In this document: positions 1 through 8,998 of the stretch, one piece after another
How positions within the stretch are numbered: the stretch's first letter is position 1
Layout: each line of letters starts with the position of its first letter
Origin: an uncultured Candidatus Saccharibacteria bacterium
Lineage (GTDB): Bacteria; Patescibacteriota; Minisyncoccia; Phycocordibacterales; UBA9973
Length of the DNA stretch: 39,236 nucleotides
Direction: 5' to 3'
NCBI GenBank assembly: GCA_964398205.1
Contig: CAYNLU010000006.1
Coordinates: 1 to 39,236 of the forward strand
The notes under the pieces: model-generated
Told to the model about the DNA's origin: nothing
The model's database searches: none
The model's input: the letters and a program-made list of their open reading frames with translations, nothing else
Made by a program: the position numbers and the translations under genes

Positions 1-124
1 CAGTTCCACCAGCTATTTCTATGTTTGATTGTTCACCTGGCATTGAGGCCATATAGAGAGCCGAAAAACTCTTTATTTGATATACAATAGGGTTCCAATT
101 TGATATAATTAAGGTCACAGCGTT

Positions 125-152
125 AAAAAAACAGCACTTTCGTGCTGTTTTT
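125..152. terminator. Terminator-like hairpin readable on both strands (A6-ACAGCAC-tttc-GTGCTGT-T5)
   Basis: Perfect 7-bp stem 131-137/142-148 flanked by A-run 125-130 and T-run 148-152. Confidence 0.4.
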
Positions 153-256
153 AGCTTTGATTGGCGGAGCTTTTTATCTGTATAAATAATTTATTTTATT
201 TGCCTCTAACTTCCAATAAATTGTATAATTAATATATTACAAATAATTTAAAAATT

Positions 257-649
257 ATGGATTATATTAAAAAACCTTTTGTTAATTATGCAAATTTTAA
301 AGGACGAGCAAGCCGTAAAGAGTTTTGGTATTTTACTTTGTTTAATCTTTTAGTAACAACCTTTCTAGTTGTTTTAAACGTCGGATTATTAATTTTTATT
401 TATTTTGCTATTGTATTTATACCTTCTTTATCTGTTTCAGTTAGGAGACTACATGATGTGAATAAAAGTGGTTGGTGGATTTTACCTGGAGTACTTATTA
501 ATTTTTTTCAAGGCTTTATAATTAAATTAGCAGAAAATAAAGATCCAAAAGCCTTTTTTATAATAATTCCTTTTTTTGTTTATACAATTTGGATGCTTTA
601 TTTGAATTTGAAAAAAGGAGATTTATTTCCTAATAAATACGGAGTTTAA
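257..649 (+). CDS. DUF805 (YhaH-like) membrane protein
   Basis: GRASRKEFWYF and RRLHDxNKSGWW signatures plus hydrophobic helices typical of DUF805. Confidence 0.85.
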   Translation: MDYIKKPFVNYANFKGRASRKEFWYFTLFNLLVTTFLVVLNVGLLIFIYFAIVFIPSLSVSVRRLHDVNKSGWWILPGVLINFFQGFIIKLAENKDPKAFFIIIPFFVYTIWMLYLNLKKGDLFPNKYGV

Positions 650-671
650 AAATTTATTTTAAAATAAAAAT

Positions 672-699
672 GAGGCTATTGGTAGATAGCCTCTTTTTT
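672..699. terminator. Bidirectional intrinsic terminator between convergent genes
   Basis: GAGGCTAT-tggtag-ATAGCCTC (672-693) followed by T6; A-rich on the other side; overlaps the last codons of the minus-strand gene. Confidence 0.6.
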
Positions 700-1281
700 C
701 TTTGCCTTCAAAATTAATATTATTACTAATAATGTTGAAGGTACTGCTCGGAAAATATAAATCCAAGCTTCTATATCGTTTTTCAAATAAGCTGCATAAG
801 ATGCAGTCATTGAAGAAAGCATTAATGAGCTCCAGAATATTATAGATTCCGAATTCTTTTTTGCTTTCCAAAGTTTTTGGATAACCGGAATATATCCGAT
901 CAGGGCTGATATTTGTAGCATTATATAAGATATAAATGCATTATCAGTTATTAACCATACTCCAAAAATTATTGAAACCATTATTAATGAATATTTCTGC
1001 CATTTATTTATAGATAACAAAAATTTTTTTTCTAATAATAGTTTTACGCTTAAATAAATACAAATTATCCAAGCAGAGATAAATGCACTACTTAAACCTA
1101 TGTTGGCTAGAAATGACCAATTAGGTTTTTTTGTATACATAAATAATGATAAAGAAAATGTCCCTGCTATGATGATAAAAGTTGCAGGGGCTGGATTTAT
1201 TATACCTCTTTTTATTTCAGTACAATAATAAATTGCCCCCATTATCATTACTAGGGAAGTTACTATTATTGATAATTCCAT
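676..1281 (-). CDS. Polytopic membrane protein, unknown function
   Basis: 201-aa ORF with about 6 hydrophobic helices; the antisense 659..871 track ORF is a shadow. Confidence 0.75.
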   Translation of the reverse strand: MELSIIVTSLVMIMGAIYYCTEIKRGIINPAPATFIIIAGTFSLSLFMYTKKPNWSFLANIGLSSAFISAWIICIYLSVKLLLEKKFLLSINKWQKYSLIMVSIIFGVWLITDNAFISYIMLQISALIGYIPVIQKLWKAKKNSESIIFWSSLMLSSMTASYAAYLKNDIEAWIYIFRAVPSTLLVIILILKAKKKEAIYQ

Positions 1282-1434
1282 TTTTTGATTGATTGTTTAT
1301 TATAAATTCTAGTATGAATACAAGAAACTATAATAAACAATCAATATTTTTTTAAATAACTATCTTTTTAGAATTAAAACATTATTTATTATAAAAGTCA
1401 ATAATACATAATATGTATTAGTTTTATATCTATA

Positions 1435-1443
1435 TGCTAAACT
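1435..1443 (+). promoter_or_regulatory. Extended -10 promoter TGcTAAACT, 6 nt before the ATG (leaderless geometry)
   Basis: TG 1435-1436, hexamer TAAACT 1438-1443, N6, ATG 1450. Confidence 0.5.
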
Positions 1444-1449
1444 TTATTT

Positions 1450-1671
1450 ATGTATCTCAAAGTTAAAGTCAAAGCGGGGAGTCGTAATGAAGAAATAGAA
1501 AGGGTAAATGAAAATACCTTTCATATTTCGGTGAAAGAAAAGGCAGAGAGAAATATGGCTAATAATAGAATACTAGAAATACTTAGTTTAGAGCTTAAAA
1601 TACCTATAAATAAAATCCGAATTATTAACGGGCATCAAAGTCCGAGTAAATTAATCTCTATTTTAGATTAA
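1450..1671 (+). CDS. DUF167/YggU family protein
   Basis: 73 aa; VKVKAGSRNEEI...ANNRILEILS...INGHQSPSK pattern of the UPF0235 family. Confidence 0.8.
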   Translation: MYLKVKVKAGSRNEEIERVNENTFHISVKEKAERNMANNRILEILSLELKIPINKIRIINGHQSPSKLISILD

Positions 1672-1673
1672 TC

Positions 1674-2618
1674 TTATTTCGTATGCAAATATAGATAGAT
1701 ATCTTCGAGGGCTTTTACGCCGTCGCCTGCGGCTATGTTGTTTTGATGATATAGAATATTAGTGCAATCTCCAGCCGCCCAGATTCCAGGACTATTAGTT
1801 CTATTAGTCCAAGGATCGATTTTAATTCTACCGATTTGATCTATTTCTACTACTTTGCTAGCGAAAGTTGTATTTGGAATTTGACCGATTTCTACGAAAA
1901 TTCCCGAGACAGCAAGTTCGTTTTCAGTATTAGCTACTGTATCTTTATATTTGATTCCAGTTACGAATTTCTCACCCAAAACCTCGGTGATAATAGCGTT
2001 TTTAATAATTTTAAATTTAGGATTTTTCGAGATTTTTTCTACAGTAATTTCGTCAGCTTTAAAGGTTTCAGTACGATTTATTAAAGTCACTGATTTACAA
2101 TAAGCGAGTAATTGCGCAGCAGACTCAAACCCGGCATTACCTCCTCCAACTACTACAACATCAAGATCAGCAAAAACCGGCCCATCACAAGAAGCACAAT
2201 AAGTAAGGCCTTTGTGTTCTAATTTATCCGCATTTAAAGCGTCTAATTTACGACGAGAGCTACCTGAAGAAATAAGTATAGTCTTAGTTTGAAAAACACT
2301 ATTCATATCAGTTTTAACAGTAAAAATATCATTAGTTTTTTCTATAGCTGTAACTTTCTCACCCTCTTTAGTTTCTAAAGTAGAGTTAGGGTTTGTATCA
2401 TTTTTAGCATTCGCGAGTACGTGAGCCTTAAAGTCTTCTGCGAGTTTGGTTCCAGGAATAGAAATATGACCTATCCAATTATAAATCTCCTCAGAAACTA
2501 TACTTTGACCGCCCCATTCAGCTAAAATCATTAAAGTATTGAGTCTTTTGCGAGCAGCATAAACCGCAGCCGAAACTCCAGCCGGGCCACCACCTATAAT
2601 TATTAAATCGTATATCAT
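1674..2618 (-). CDS. trxB: Thioredoxin-disulfide reductase
   Basis: IIGGGPAGVSAAVYAARK FAD motif, CASCDG redox centre, GGGNAGFE NADPH motif. Start moved to MIYDL (2618) because a TGtTATAAT box lies 6 nt upstream. Confidence 0.9.
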   Translation of the reverse strand: MIYDLIIIGGGPAGVSAAVYAARKRLNTLMILAEWGGQSIVSEEIYNWIGHISIPGTKLAEDFKAHVLANAKNDTNPNSTLETKEGEKVTAIEKTNDIFTVKTDMNSVFQTKTILISSGSSRRKLDALNADKLEHKGLTYCASCDGPVFADLDVVVVGGGNAGFESAAQLLAYCKSVTLINRTETFKADEITVEKISKNPKFKIIKNAIITEVLGEKFVTGIKYKDTVANTENELAVSGIFVEIGQIPNTTFASKVVEIDQIGRIKIDPWTNRTNSPGIWAAGDCTNILYHQNNIAAGDGVKALEDIYLYLHTK

Positions 2619-2624
2619 AAGTTT

Positions 2625-2633
2625 ATTATAACA
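2625..2633 (-). promoter_or_regulatory. Extended -10 promoter TGtTATAAT for trxB (leaderless geometry)
   Basis: Minus-strand TGtTATAAT, N6 (aaactt), ATG at 2618-2616. Confidence 0.5.
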
Positions 2634-2637
2634 TAAA

Positions 2638-2752
2638 AAATATCTAAAATTAGCTCTTTGCGAAATACACACATAATTTTCTGTTGAAAATTTGCTCTGC
2701 TCGGCTCGTCAGCCTGCGCAAGGTATTTCTTAAAGACTAATTTTAGATATTT
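2638..2752. repeat. Long-range perfect 16-bp inverted repeat enclosing a GC-rich core
   Basis: AAATATCTAAAATTAG 2638-2653 pairs with CTAATTTTAGATATTT 2737-2752, extendable by about 5 bp with one bulge. Core contains gctctgctcggctcgtcagcctgcgcaagg. Confidence 0.6.
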
Positions 2753-2760
2753 AATTTAGC

Positions 2761-4002
2761 TTATTTCTTATTTCTTCTTAGAAAAGCTGGTACAGCAGAC
2801 CAATCGTCGCCGTCATCATCGATAATGATTTCTTCTACTGGTTCTGGTTTTTTCTCAATCTTTTTTATGAAATCGTTATTGATTGGATTTGTATTAATGT
2901 TGATATTTGGATTTAGGGAATTGTGGATTCTACCTTTATCGATAACACTTTCTACTTTTTCTCTAATTACTTCTTTTTTCTCTTCAACAACTTTAGGTTT
3001 TTCTACGACGTCAGGCATAGCGGTAAATAAAGTTTTCTTTGGTAAATCAGTAGGGAAGTTAGTAGCAATAACTGTAACCTTGATTTCACCTTTCTTTAGT
3101 TTTTGATCATTAATAGTACCGAAAATAACTTTTGCGTCTTTATCGATAGATTCAGTAATCATTTTAGCTGCTTCTTGAATTTCGTGAATAGTTAAGTCGT
3201 CTCCTCCAGAAATAGCAAAGAGTACTCCTTTTGCTCCATGAATAGAAACTTCGAGTAGAGGAGAATTAATAGCTTGAACAGCAGCCTTTTCAGCACGATT
3301 TTCGCCTGAAGCAAGCCCAATACCCATAAGCGCACTACCTGCATCAGACATAACTGCACGTATATCCGCAAAGTCTACGTTGATAATACCTGGAGTAGTA
3401 ATAAGATCTGAAATACCTTCTACGGCTTGACGTAATACGTCGTCACAAATAGCGAAAGCATCTTTGAAATTTGTACTTTTTTCTGAGATTTGAAGTAATT
3501 TGTCGTTAGGAATAGTGATAAGCGCATCTACTTCATGAGCTAATTCTTCAATACCTTTTTCAGCTAAACGTGAACGATGTTGCCCTTCGAAGAAGAAAGG
3601 TTTAGTAACTACGCCTACAGTTAATATTCCTTGTTCTTTTGCGCAACGTGCGATAATTGGAGCGGCCCCTGTGCCTGTACCTCCACCCATACCACAAGCG
3701 ATAAAAATCATATCAGCACCTTTGATAACGTCTTGAATTTCTGCTTTAGTTTCTTCGGCAGCCTTTTTACCAATTTCAGGATTCATTCCAGCACCGAGAC
3801 CTTTAGTTAAATTTTTTCCAATATGAATTTTTTTCTCTGCGAGAGAGTTGTGCAAATCTTGAGTATCAGTATTCATCGCAATGAAGGTCACACCTTTTAC
3901 TTTTGAGTTAATCATATGATTAACAGCATTCTTTCCAGAACCTCCAACTCCGATAACAACTATACGAGCAAAACTTTCTATTTCAGGGTTTACTTTAGGC
4001 AT
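2761..4002 (-). CDS. ftsZ: Cell division GTPase FtsZ
   Basis: [21 protein letters not shown] tubulin signature, long low-complexity C-terminal tail. Confidence 0.97.
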   Translation of the reverse strand: MPKVNPEIESFARIVVIGVGGSGKNAVNHMINSKVKGVTFIAMNTDTQDLHNSLAEKKIHIGKNLTKGLGAGMNPEIGKKAAEETKAEIQDVIKGADMIFIACGMGGGTGTGAAPIIARCAKEQGILTVGVVTKPFFFEGQHRSRLAEKGIEELAHEVDALITIPNDKLLQISEKSTNFKDAFAICDDVLRQAVEGISDLITTPGIINVDFADIRAVMSDAGSALMGIGLASGENRAEKAAVQAINSPLLEVSIHGAKGVLFAISGGDDLTIHEIQEAAKMITESIDKDAKVIFGTINDQKLKKGEIKVTVIATNFPTDLPKKTLFTAMPDVVEKPKVVEEKKEVIREKVESVIDKGRIHNSLNPNININTNPINNDFIKKIEKKPEPVEEIIIDDDGDDWSAVPAFLRRNKK

Positions 4003-4118
4003 TTTTTTAAAAATTAATTAAATACTAATATAGAGTTATCATATCAGAAAAAAAAGAAAAGCGAAAGACTTCCTAAAGGACAAAAAAAGTGTTAAAAATA
4101 ATAAAATAAGCTTATTTC

Positions 4119-5279
4119 TTAAGGCAAAAATTGTTTTATATTAGATTTTATCGTATTCTTAAGGTCATTAAAAAAGGAAGCAAAAGAACCCTCTTCGTAA
4201 ACTTTTTCTTGACCTTTAAAAAGTAGTCCTAAAGCACCAAAATAATTGTTGTCCTTTAGTTTAGTTTTTGCATTTCCAAACATTTCAGTCTTTGCTAAAG
4301 TTGAAGGTAATTTCAAAATATTTTTTGAAAGTTCTAATAAATTTATAGTACTAGATCCACCTCCAGAAAAAATTATTCCTCCAGGTAATAATTCATTTCT
4401 TTTTATTTTTTTCAAATGATTTTCTATTAATTCAAAAATATCTTCCAATCTTGCATTAATAATTTCTTCTAGTTTTTTCTTTGAAATATTTTCGTTTAGG
4501 TTTCCAAGTTTTATATTTTCTGCTTCTTCTAAATTAGTTTTAAGTCCGAGGGCTATATCGTTGGTAATATCATTCGCACCAATACTAAAAGTATGAAGTG
4601 AAATCAAAATTTCATTTTCATAAATAGCAATTTTAGTAGTTTCAGAACCGATATCTACTAGCATCGAGCCTACTACTTTTTGCTTTTTAGAAAGCGCAAT
4701 TTCGCTGATCGATAGGTGAATAGGTAAAACATCAATAACTTCTACTCCTGCATTGGTAACTACTGCTATTAGGTCTTCAAAGTGTTGATTTGAAACTGTA
4801 ATAATAAGAGCTCTAACTTCTAATTTATTTCCAATATTGCCTTCAATTCGTCCAAAAATTTCTTTCCCATCTAATTTATATGCAATAGGTGAGGCTAATA
4901 AGACTTTTTTGTTTGCTAGATTTAGATTAGTGGTCGCTTCTTTTAAGGCTTTCTCAATATCTAAAGATGTAACTTCACTATCAGCTTTAGAAACTATAAC
5001 ACTACCGACGCTATTTTCTCCTTTTACCGTAAAACCACCAATACCTAAAAAGGCTTTTCTGATTTTGATTCCTGAGCTTTCTTCGGCTTTTAGAATAGCT
5101 TTCCTAAGAGACATGCTAGCGTCTTTGACTGATACTACGTAACCTCTACGCATACCAACAGAGTTAGCTTCACCAACTCCAATAATATTAGGAATTTCTT
5201 TTCCCTTTTCGAATTCGCCCACCAAGACTCGAACTTTTTCCGAGCCTAGGTCTATAGCTACTGAAATATTTCTCGTCAT
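4119..5279 (-). CDS. ftsA: Cell division protein FtsA
   Basis: Actin-fold motifs AIDLGSEKVRV, VDIGSETT, FSGGGS; directly upstream of ftsZ. Confidence 0.93.
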   Translation of the reverse strand: MTRNISVAIDLGSEKVRVLVGEFEKGKEIPNIIGVGEANSVGMRRGYVVSVKDASMSLRKAILKAEESSGIKIRKAFLGIGGFTVKGENSVGSVIVSKADSEVTSLDIEKALKEATTNLNLANKKVLLASPIAYKLDGKEIFGRIEGNIGNKLEVRALIITVSNQHFEDLIAVVTNAGVEVIDVLPIHLSISEIALSKKQKVVGSMLVDIGSETTKIAIYENEILISLHTFSIGANDITNDIALGLKTNLEEAENIKLGNLNENISKKKLEEIINARLEDIFELIENHLKKIKRNELLPGGIIFSGGGSSTINLLELSKNILKLPSTLAKTEMFGNAKTKLKDNNYFGALGLLFKGQEKVYEEGSFASFFNDLKNTIKSNIKQFLP

Positions 5280-5649
5280 ATTTTTCTTCTCTTCTTTCCA
5301 TTATACTACCATGTTCCAAACCTTTCAAATGAAGCATGCCGTGTATAAGTAAAAACCCTAGAAATTTTGAAGGTGTCTTATTGAAATTTTTAGCTTCTTT
5401 CTTTAGGACATTTTGACAAATTATAAGTTCCCCAACATTTTCGCTAACATTAAAAGATAAAATATTAGTAGGGTTATCTTTACCTCTATATTCTTTATTT
5501 AATTTTTGTGAAAGTTTTGGTCCTACGTAAACTATCGATAATTCATAATCTTTACCTAAAATTTCATTTTTAATTTCTTCTACAACCGAAAAAGACAAGG
5601 CGAGCGCTTTGTCTTTTGTTTTATTTATAATTGAGACTTTATTATCCAT
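5188..5649 (-). CDS. ybeY: rRNA maturation endoribonuclease YbeY
   Basis: HGMLHLKGLEH zinc motif (HxxxHxxxxxH); its 3' end overlaps the ftsA start by 92 nt. Confidence 0.88.
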   Translation of the reverse strand: MDNKVSIINKTKDKALALSFSVVEEIKNEILGKDYELSIVYVGPKLSQKLNKEYRGKDNPTNILSFNVSENVGELIICQNVLKKEAKNFNKTPSKFLGFLLIHGMLHLKGLEHGSIMERREEKYDEKYFSSYRPRLGKSSSLGGRIRKGKRNS

Positions 5650-5651
5650 TG

Positions 5652-5879
5652 TTATCTAACTTTACCAAGTTTGCGAAGTTTTTCGATTTCTTTTCTTCTA
5701 GCTAATTTTTTTAGAGTTCCTTGCTTAACTTTAAGTTTAGATAAAGCACGTTCGTTATAGCGGTTCTTTTTAACCTTTTGAATTATGCCTGATTCTTGAA
5801 CTTTACGAGAAAAACGGCGCAATATACTTGCATTGTTTTCGTTGTTATTTTTACTGATTTCTATTACTGTTTTTGCCAT
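5652..5879 (-). CDS. rpsU: 30S ribosomal protein S21
   Basis: MAKTVIEI...ILRRFSRKVQESGI...; basic 75-aa protein. Start set at MAKT, downstream of TTGCGA-17-TAATCT. Confidence 0.88.
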   Translation of the reverse strand: MAKTVIEISKNNNENNASILRRFSRKVQESGIIQKVKKNRYNERALSKLKVKQGTLKKLARRKEIEKLRKLGKVR

Positions 5880-5923
5880 ATTCATATAGATTATCATAAG
5901 AATATATTTCTCGCAAGTGTTAT

Positions 5924-5952
5924 TTGATTTTTAACCCCAAAAAAGTTATGAT
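5924..5952 (+). promoter_or_regulatory. greA promoter TTGATT-17-TATGAT
   Basis: -35 at 5924-5929, -10 at 5947-5952, ATG 5960 lies 7 nt after the -10. Confidence 0.5.
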
Positions 5953-5959
5953 ATGGATT

Positions 5960-6427
5960 ATGGATAAAACAGCAGATTATATAACAAAAGAAAAAAAATT
6001 GGCCTTAGAACAAGAACTTGAAGAGTTAAAAGGCCCAAAAAGAAAAGAAATTATAAATAGATTAGAATATGCAAAATCCCTTGGAGATTTGTCAGAAAAC
6101 GCGGAATATCATCAAGCTCGTGAAGATCAAGGAGTATTAGAAGAGCAAATAAAGAAAATCGAACATATCTTAAAAGTTTCTCATATCGTAGAAGCTAAGC
6201 ACGGAGATACTATTTCTATAGGTTCTAAAGTTACTGTTACTAAAGAAGATTCTAAAGAAAAGTTAGTTTATACTATAGTTGGTTCTGAAGAATCAGATTC
6301 ATCTTCTGGTAAAATCTCAAATCGTTCACCTTTTGGTAGCGCTCTTTTCGGTAAGAAAAAAGGAGATAAAATTGAATTTAAAACTCCGAAAGGAATAGTG
6401 CATTATAAAATTATTGATGTAGCTTAA
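5960..6427 (+). CDS. greA: Transcription elongation factor GreA
   Basis: Coiled-coil N-domain with DLSENAEYHQAREDQ, and C-domain SNRSPFGSALFGKKKGDKIEF. Confidence 0.9.
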   Translation: MDKTADYITKEKKLALEQELEELKGPKRKEIINRLEYAKSLGDLSENAEYHQAREDQGVLEEQIKKIEHILKVSHIVEAKHGDTISIGSKVTVTKEDSKEKLVYTIVGSEESDSSSGKISNRSPFGSALFGKKKGDKIEFKTPKGIVHYKIIDVA

Positions 6428-6435
6428 AAATTAAT

Positions 6436-7899
6436 ATGTCTACTATACAAGAGTTAAGAGATGCTCGTTTAAAAAAATTAAATCTTTTAAAAGAAAGAGG
6501 TATTAATCCTTTTCCAGCAAATACTAATCGCGAACTTTATATCAATGAAGTTGTGAGGGATTTCGAAACTTTAGAAAATACTAAAGACAAAAAATGGATC
6601 GCAGGTAGAATCATGTCTATTCGTGGGCAAGGAGCTATTATGTTTATTACTCTTTACGATGGAACAGGATCTTTTCAAGGTGTTTTAAAGTTAGATGTAC
6701 TAGGCGAAGAGAAATTAAATTTTTTTAATGAAGTTATTGATATTGGAGACTTTGTAGAAATTAATGGAACTTTTTTTACCACTAAAAGAGGTGAGAAGAG
6801 TTTAGAAATTAACGATTGGAATATCTTAACTAAAACTTTACTCCCGCTTCCTGAAAAATGGCATGGATTAGTAGACGTAGATGAGCGTTTTCGTAAACGA
6901 TATTTAGATATCTTAATGAACGAAGATATTCGTGATACTTTGATGAAGAAAATGAAATTTTGGGAAGTTACTCGAAATTTTATGAAAGAAAGAGGATTTT
7001 TAGAAGTTGAAACTCCAACTCTCGAAGTTACTACCGGAGGAGCAGAAGCAACTCCTTTTAAGACTTACAACGAAGATTTCAAACTACCATTATATATGCG
7101 TATTTCTATCGGTGAACTTTGGCAAAAGCGACTTATGGCTGCGGGTTTTCCTAAAACTTTTGAAATCGGTAGAGCTTATCGTAACGAAGGTTCCGACGCG
7201 AATCATTTACAAGAATTCGTAAATATGGAATTCTATTGGGCTTATGCGAATTATAAAGACGGTATGAAACTCGTTGAAGAGCTTTATAAGAAGATAGCAA
7301 ACGAAGTTTTCGGTAAAACTGAATTTGAAACTCGGGGTCATAAATTCGACCTTGGCGGAGAATGGAAAATTATTGATTATACTGAAACTGTTAAAAACGA
7401 AACCGGTATTGATTTGTCTAATACAACTTATGAAGAAGTTAAGAAAACTTTAGAAAGATTAGAAGTTAAATATGACGGGGATACTATGGAACGCCTCGTG
7501 GACACTCTTTGGAAGTATTGTAGGAAGAAGATAGCTGGTCCGGTATTTTTAACTGGTCATCCAAAACTCGTTTCTCCGCTTTCAAAATCTATGCCTAGTG
7601 ATACTGATAAAACTGAAAGATTTCAAGTTATCATAGCGGGATCCGAAGTCGGTAACGGTTTTTCTGAGCTTAACGATCCTATTGATCAAGCTGAAAGATT
7701 TCAAACTCAACAAGATTTACTAAATGCGGGAGATAAAGAAGCTATGATGCCGGATTTAGAATTCGTAGAAATGCTCGAGCACGGTATGCCTCCAACTTGT
7801 GGATTCGGATTCGGAGAGATGTTCTTCGCATTCCTTGCTGATAAACCTATCCGCGAGACTCAATTCTTCCCGTTGATGAGACCAAAGCATAACGAATAG
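6436..7899 (+). CDS. lysS: Lysine--tRNA ligase, class II
   Basis: OB-fold N-domain; class II motifs RKRYLD, FEIGRAYRNEG, GFGFGEMF. Confidence 0.97.
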   Translation: MSTIQELRDARLKKLNLLKERGINPFPANTNRELYINEVVRDFETLENTKDKKWIAGRIMSIRGQGAIMFITLYDGTGSFQGVLKLDVLGEEKLNFFNEVIDIGDFVEINGTFFTTKRGEKSLEINDWNILTKTLLPLPEKWHGLVDVDERFRKRYLDILMNEDIRDTLMKKMKFWEVTRNFMKERGFLEVETPTLEVTTGGAEATPFKTYNEDFKLPLYMRISIGELWQKRLMAAGFPKTFEIGRAYRNEGSDANHLQEFVNMEFYWAYANYKDGMKLVEELYKKIANEVFGKTEFETRGHKFDLGGEWKIIDYTETVKNETGIDLSNTTYEEVKKTLERLEVKYDGDTMERLVDTLWKYCRKKIAGPVFLTGHPKLVSPLSKSMPSDTDKTERFQVIIAGSEVGNGFSELNDPIDQAERFQTQQDLLNAGDKEAMMPDLEFVEMLEHGMPPTCGFGFGEMFFAFLADKPIRETQFFPLMRPKHNE

Positions 7900-7927
7900 T
7901 TGCAAAATAAAATTTTTGTGTTATACT
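7900..7927 (+). promoter_or_regulatory. Strong promoter TTGCAA-16-TGtTATACT abutting the lysS stop codon
   Basis: -35 at 7900-7905, TG 7919-7920, -10 at 7922-7927. Confidence 0.5.
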
Positions 7928-7976
7928 ATAATATAGAACTGTTTCATTTTTAAATACATAATTTTTTAACCGATCG

Positions 7977-8009
7977 AGAGTTTTGCGAAAAGTCGCAGAA
8001 CTCTTTTTT
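7977..8009 (+). terminator. Intrinsic terminator
   Basis: AGAGTT-T-TGCGA-aaag-TCGCA-G-AACTCT followed by T6. Confidence 0.6.
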
Positions 8010-8032
8010 ATTTGTGTTATAATTAAAGTATT

Positions 8033-8374
8033 ATGAAAATCATTTTAAATTGGTTAATAGGTGCTGGGGCGGTGTTGCTTGCTGCTTACGTTGTGCCGGG
8101 AATATTAGTATCTAGTTTTTATATTGCATTAATAGTTGCTTTTATTTGGGGAGTGATGAGTTTTACAATAAAACCTATTTTAAATATTTTGACTTTACCT
8201 ATCAATATTTTAACTTTAGGAATTTTTTCTCTAGTTTTAAACGGTTTACTATTTTGGTTCATTGCGAGCTTTGTGCAAGGTTTTGAAGTAGATGGATTTA
8301 TATCTGCATTCTTAGGAGCTTTCGTAGTAGCTATAACTTCAAGTATTTTAAAAGCAATATTGATTAGAGATTAA
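8033..8374 (+). CDS. DUF360 / holin family IV-like membrane protein
   Basis: 113 aa, 4 helices, IKPILNILTLPINILTLGIFSLVLNG core typical of DUF360. TGtTATAAT at 8015-8023. Confidence 0.8.
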   Translation: MKIILNWLIGAGAVLLAAYVVPGILVSSFYIALIVAFIWGVMSFTIKPILNILTLPINILTLGIFSLVLNGLLFWFIASFVQGFEVDGFISAFLGAFVVAITSSILKAILIRD

Positions 8375-8413
8375 AAATTAGGTTCTAGTTTATAGGGTTT
8401 AGTTTCTAATAAA

Positions 8414-8441
8414 AGCGTTAGGTCTTGCCTAACGCTTTTTT
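8414..8441 (+). terminator. Intrinsic terminator
   Basis: AGCGTTAGG-tcttg-CCTAACGCT followed by a T-run. Confidence 0.65.
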
Positions 8442-8477
8442 GTATTTACTTATCCACAGATTTGATTGATTTAGGGT

Positions 8478-8530
8478 TTGTATAGTGGGGTAGAGTGGAG
8501 TATAATAAATATGAAGTGGGAAAAAGTGGG
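8478..8530 (+). promoter_or_regulatory. mraZ promoter (TTGTAT-17-TATAAT) with four AGTGG(G/A) boxes
   Basis: -35 at 8478-8483, -10 at 8501-8506. Boxes start at 8484, 8494, 8515, 8525 (spacings 10/21/10). Confidence 0.6.
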
Positions 8531-8563
8531 ATGAAAAAATCTCAAGTTTTTATCGAATAATTT

Positions 8564-8998
8564 ATGCTAATAGGAGAATATACACACAAAATAGATGAAA
8601 AAGGAAGAATTTCTTTACCTGCAAAGTTCCGCAAGGAAGTAGGTAAAAAAATTATCATTACTCGCGGACTTGATAACTGTTTGTTTATTTTTACTATGAA
8701 AGAATGGACTAAACTTTCTACTGAATTATCTTCTAATCCTTGGCTTCGTGCCGACACACGGGCTTTCAATCGTAGAATTTTCGGAGGTGCAACCGAAGTC
8801 GATATCGATAAGGTTGGCCGTATGCTAATACCAGAGTTTTTGAAAAACGAAGGTGAGTTAAAAAACGAAAATGAAGCAGTCCTAGTCGGAGTAGATAATC
8901 GCATCGAATTATGGAATAGCAAAACTTGGTCGGAATACAAAAATATTACAGATAAGAAAGCAGATGAGATAGCTGAAAAGTTATCTTTGAATAATTAA
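8564..8998 (+). CDS. mraZ: Transcriptional regulator MraZ
   Basis: Two SpoVT/AbrB-like repeats: DEKGRISLPAKFR and DKVGRMLIPEFL. Confidence 0.93.
   Translation: MLIGEYTHKIDEKGRISLPAKFRKEVGKKIIITRGLDNCLFIFTMKEWTKLSTELSSNPWLRADTRAFNRRIFGGATEVDIDKVGRMLIPEFLKNEGELKNENEAVLVGVDNRIELWNSKTWSEYKNITDKKADEIAEKLSLNN

Noticed and set aside
1-52. Possible 5' end of a leftward CDS (minus-strand ATG at 52-50, reading MASMPGEQSNIEIAGGT...)
   Set aside because: Only 17 codons are visible, with no recognisable motif and no clear promoter or RBS. Too little to call.
2705-2712. CUGACGAG (minus strand) resembling the hammerhead ribozyme core
   Set aside because: No adjacent stem II hairpin, GAAA element or cleavage-site context could be built around it.
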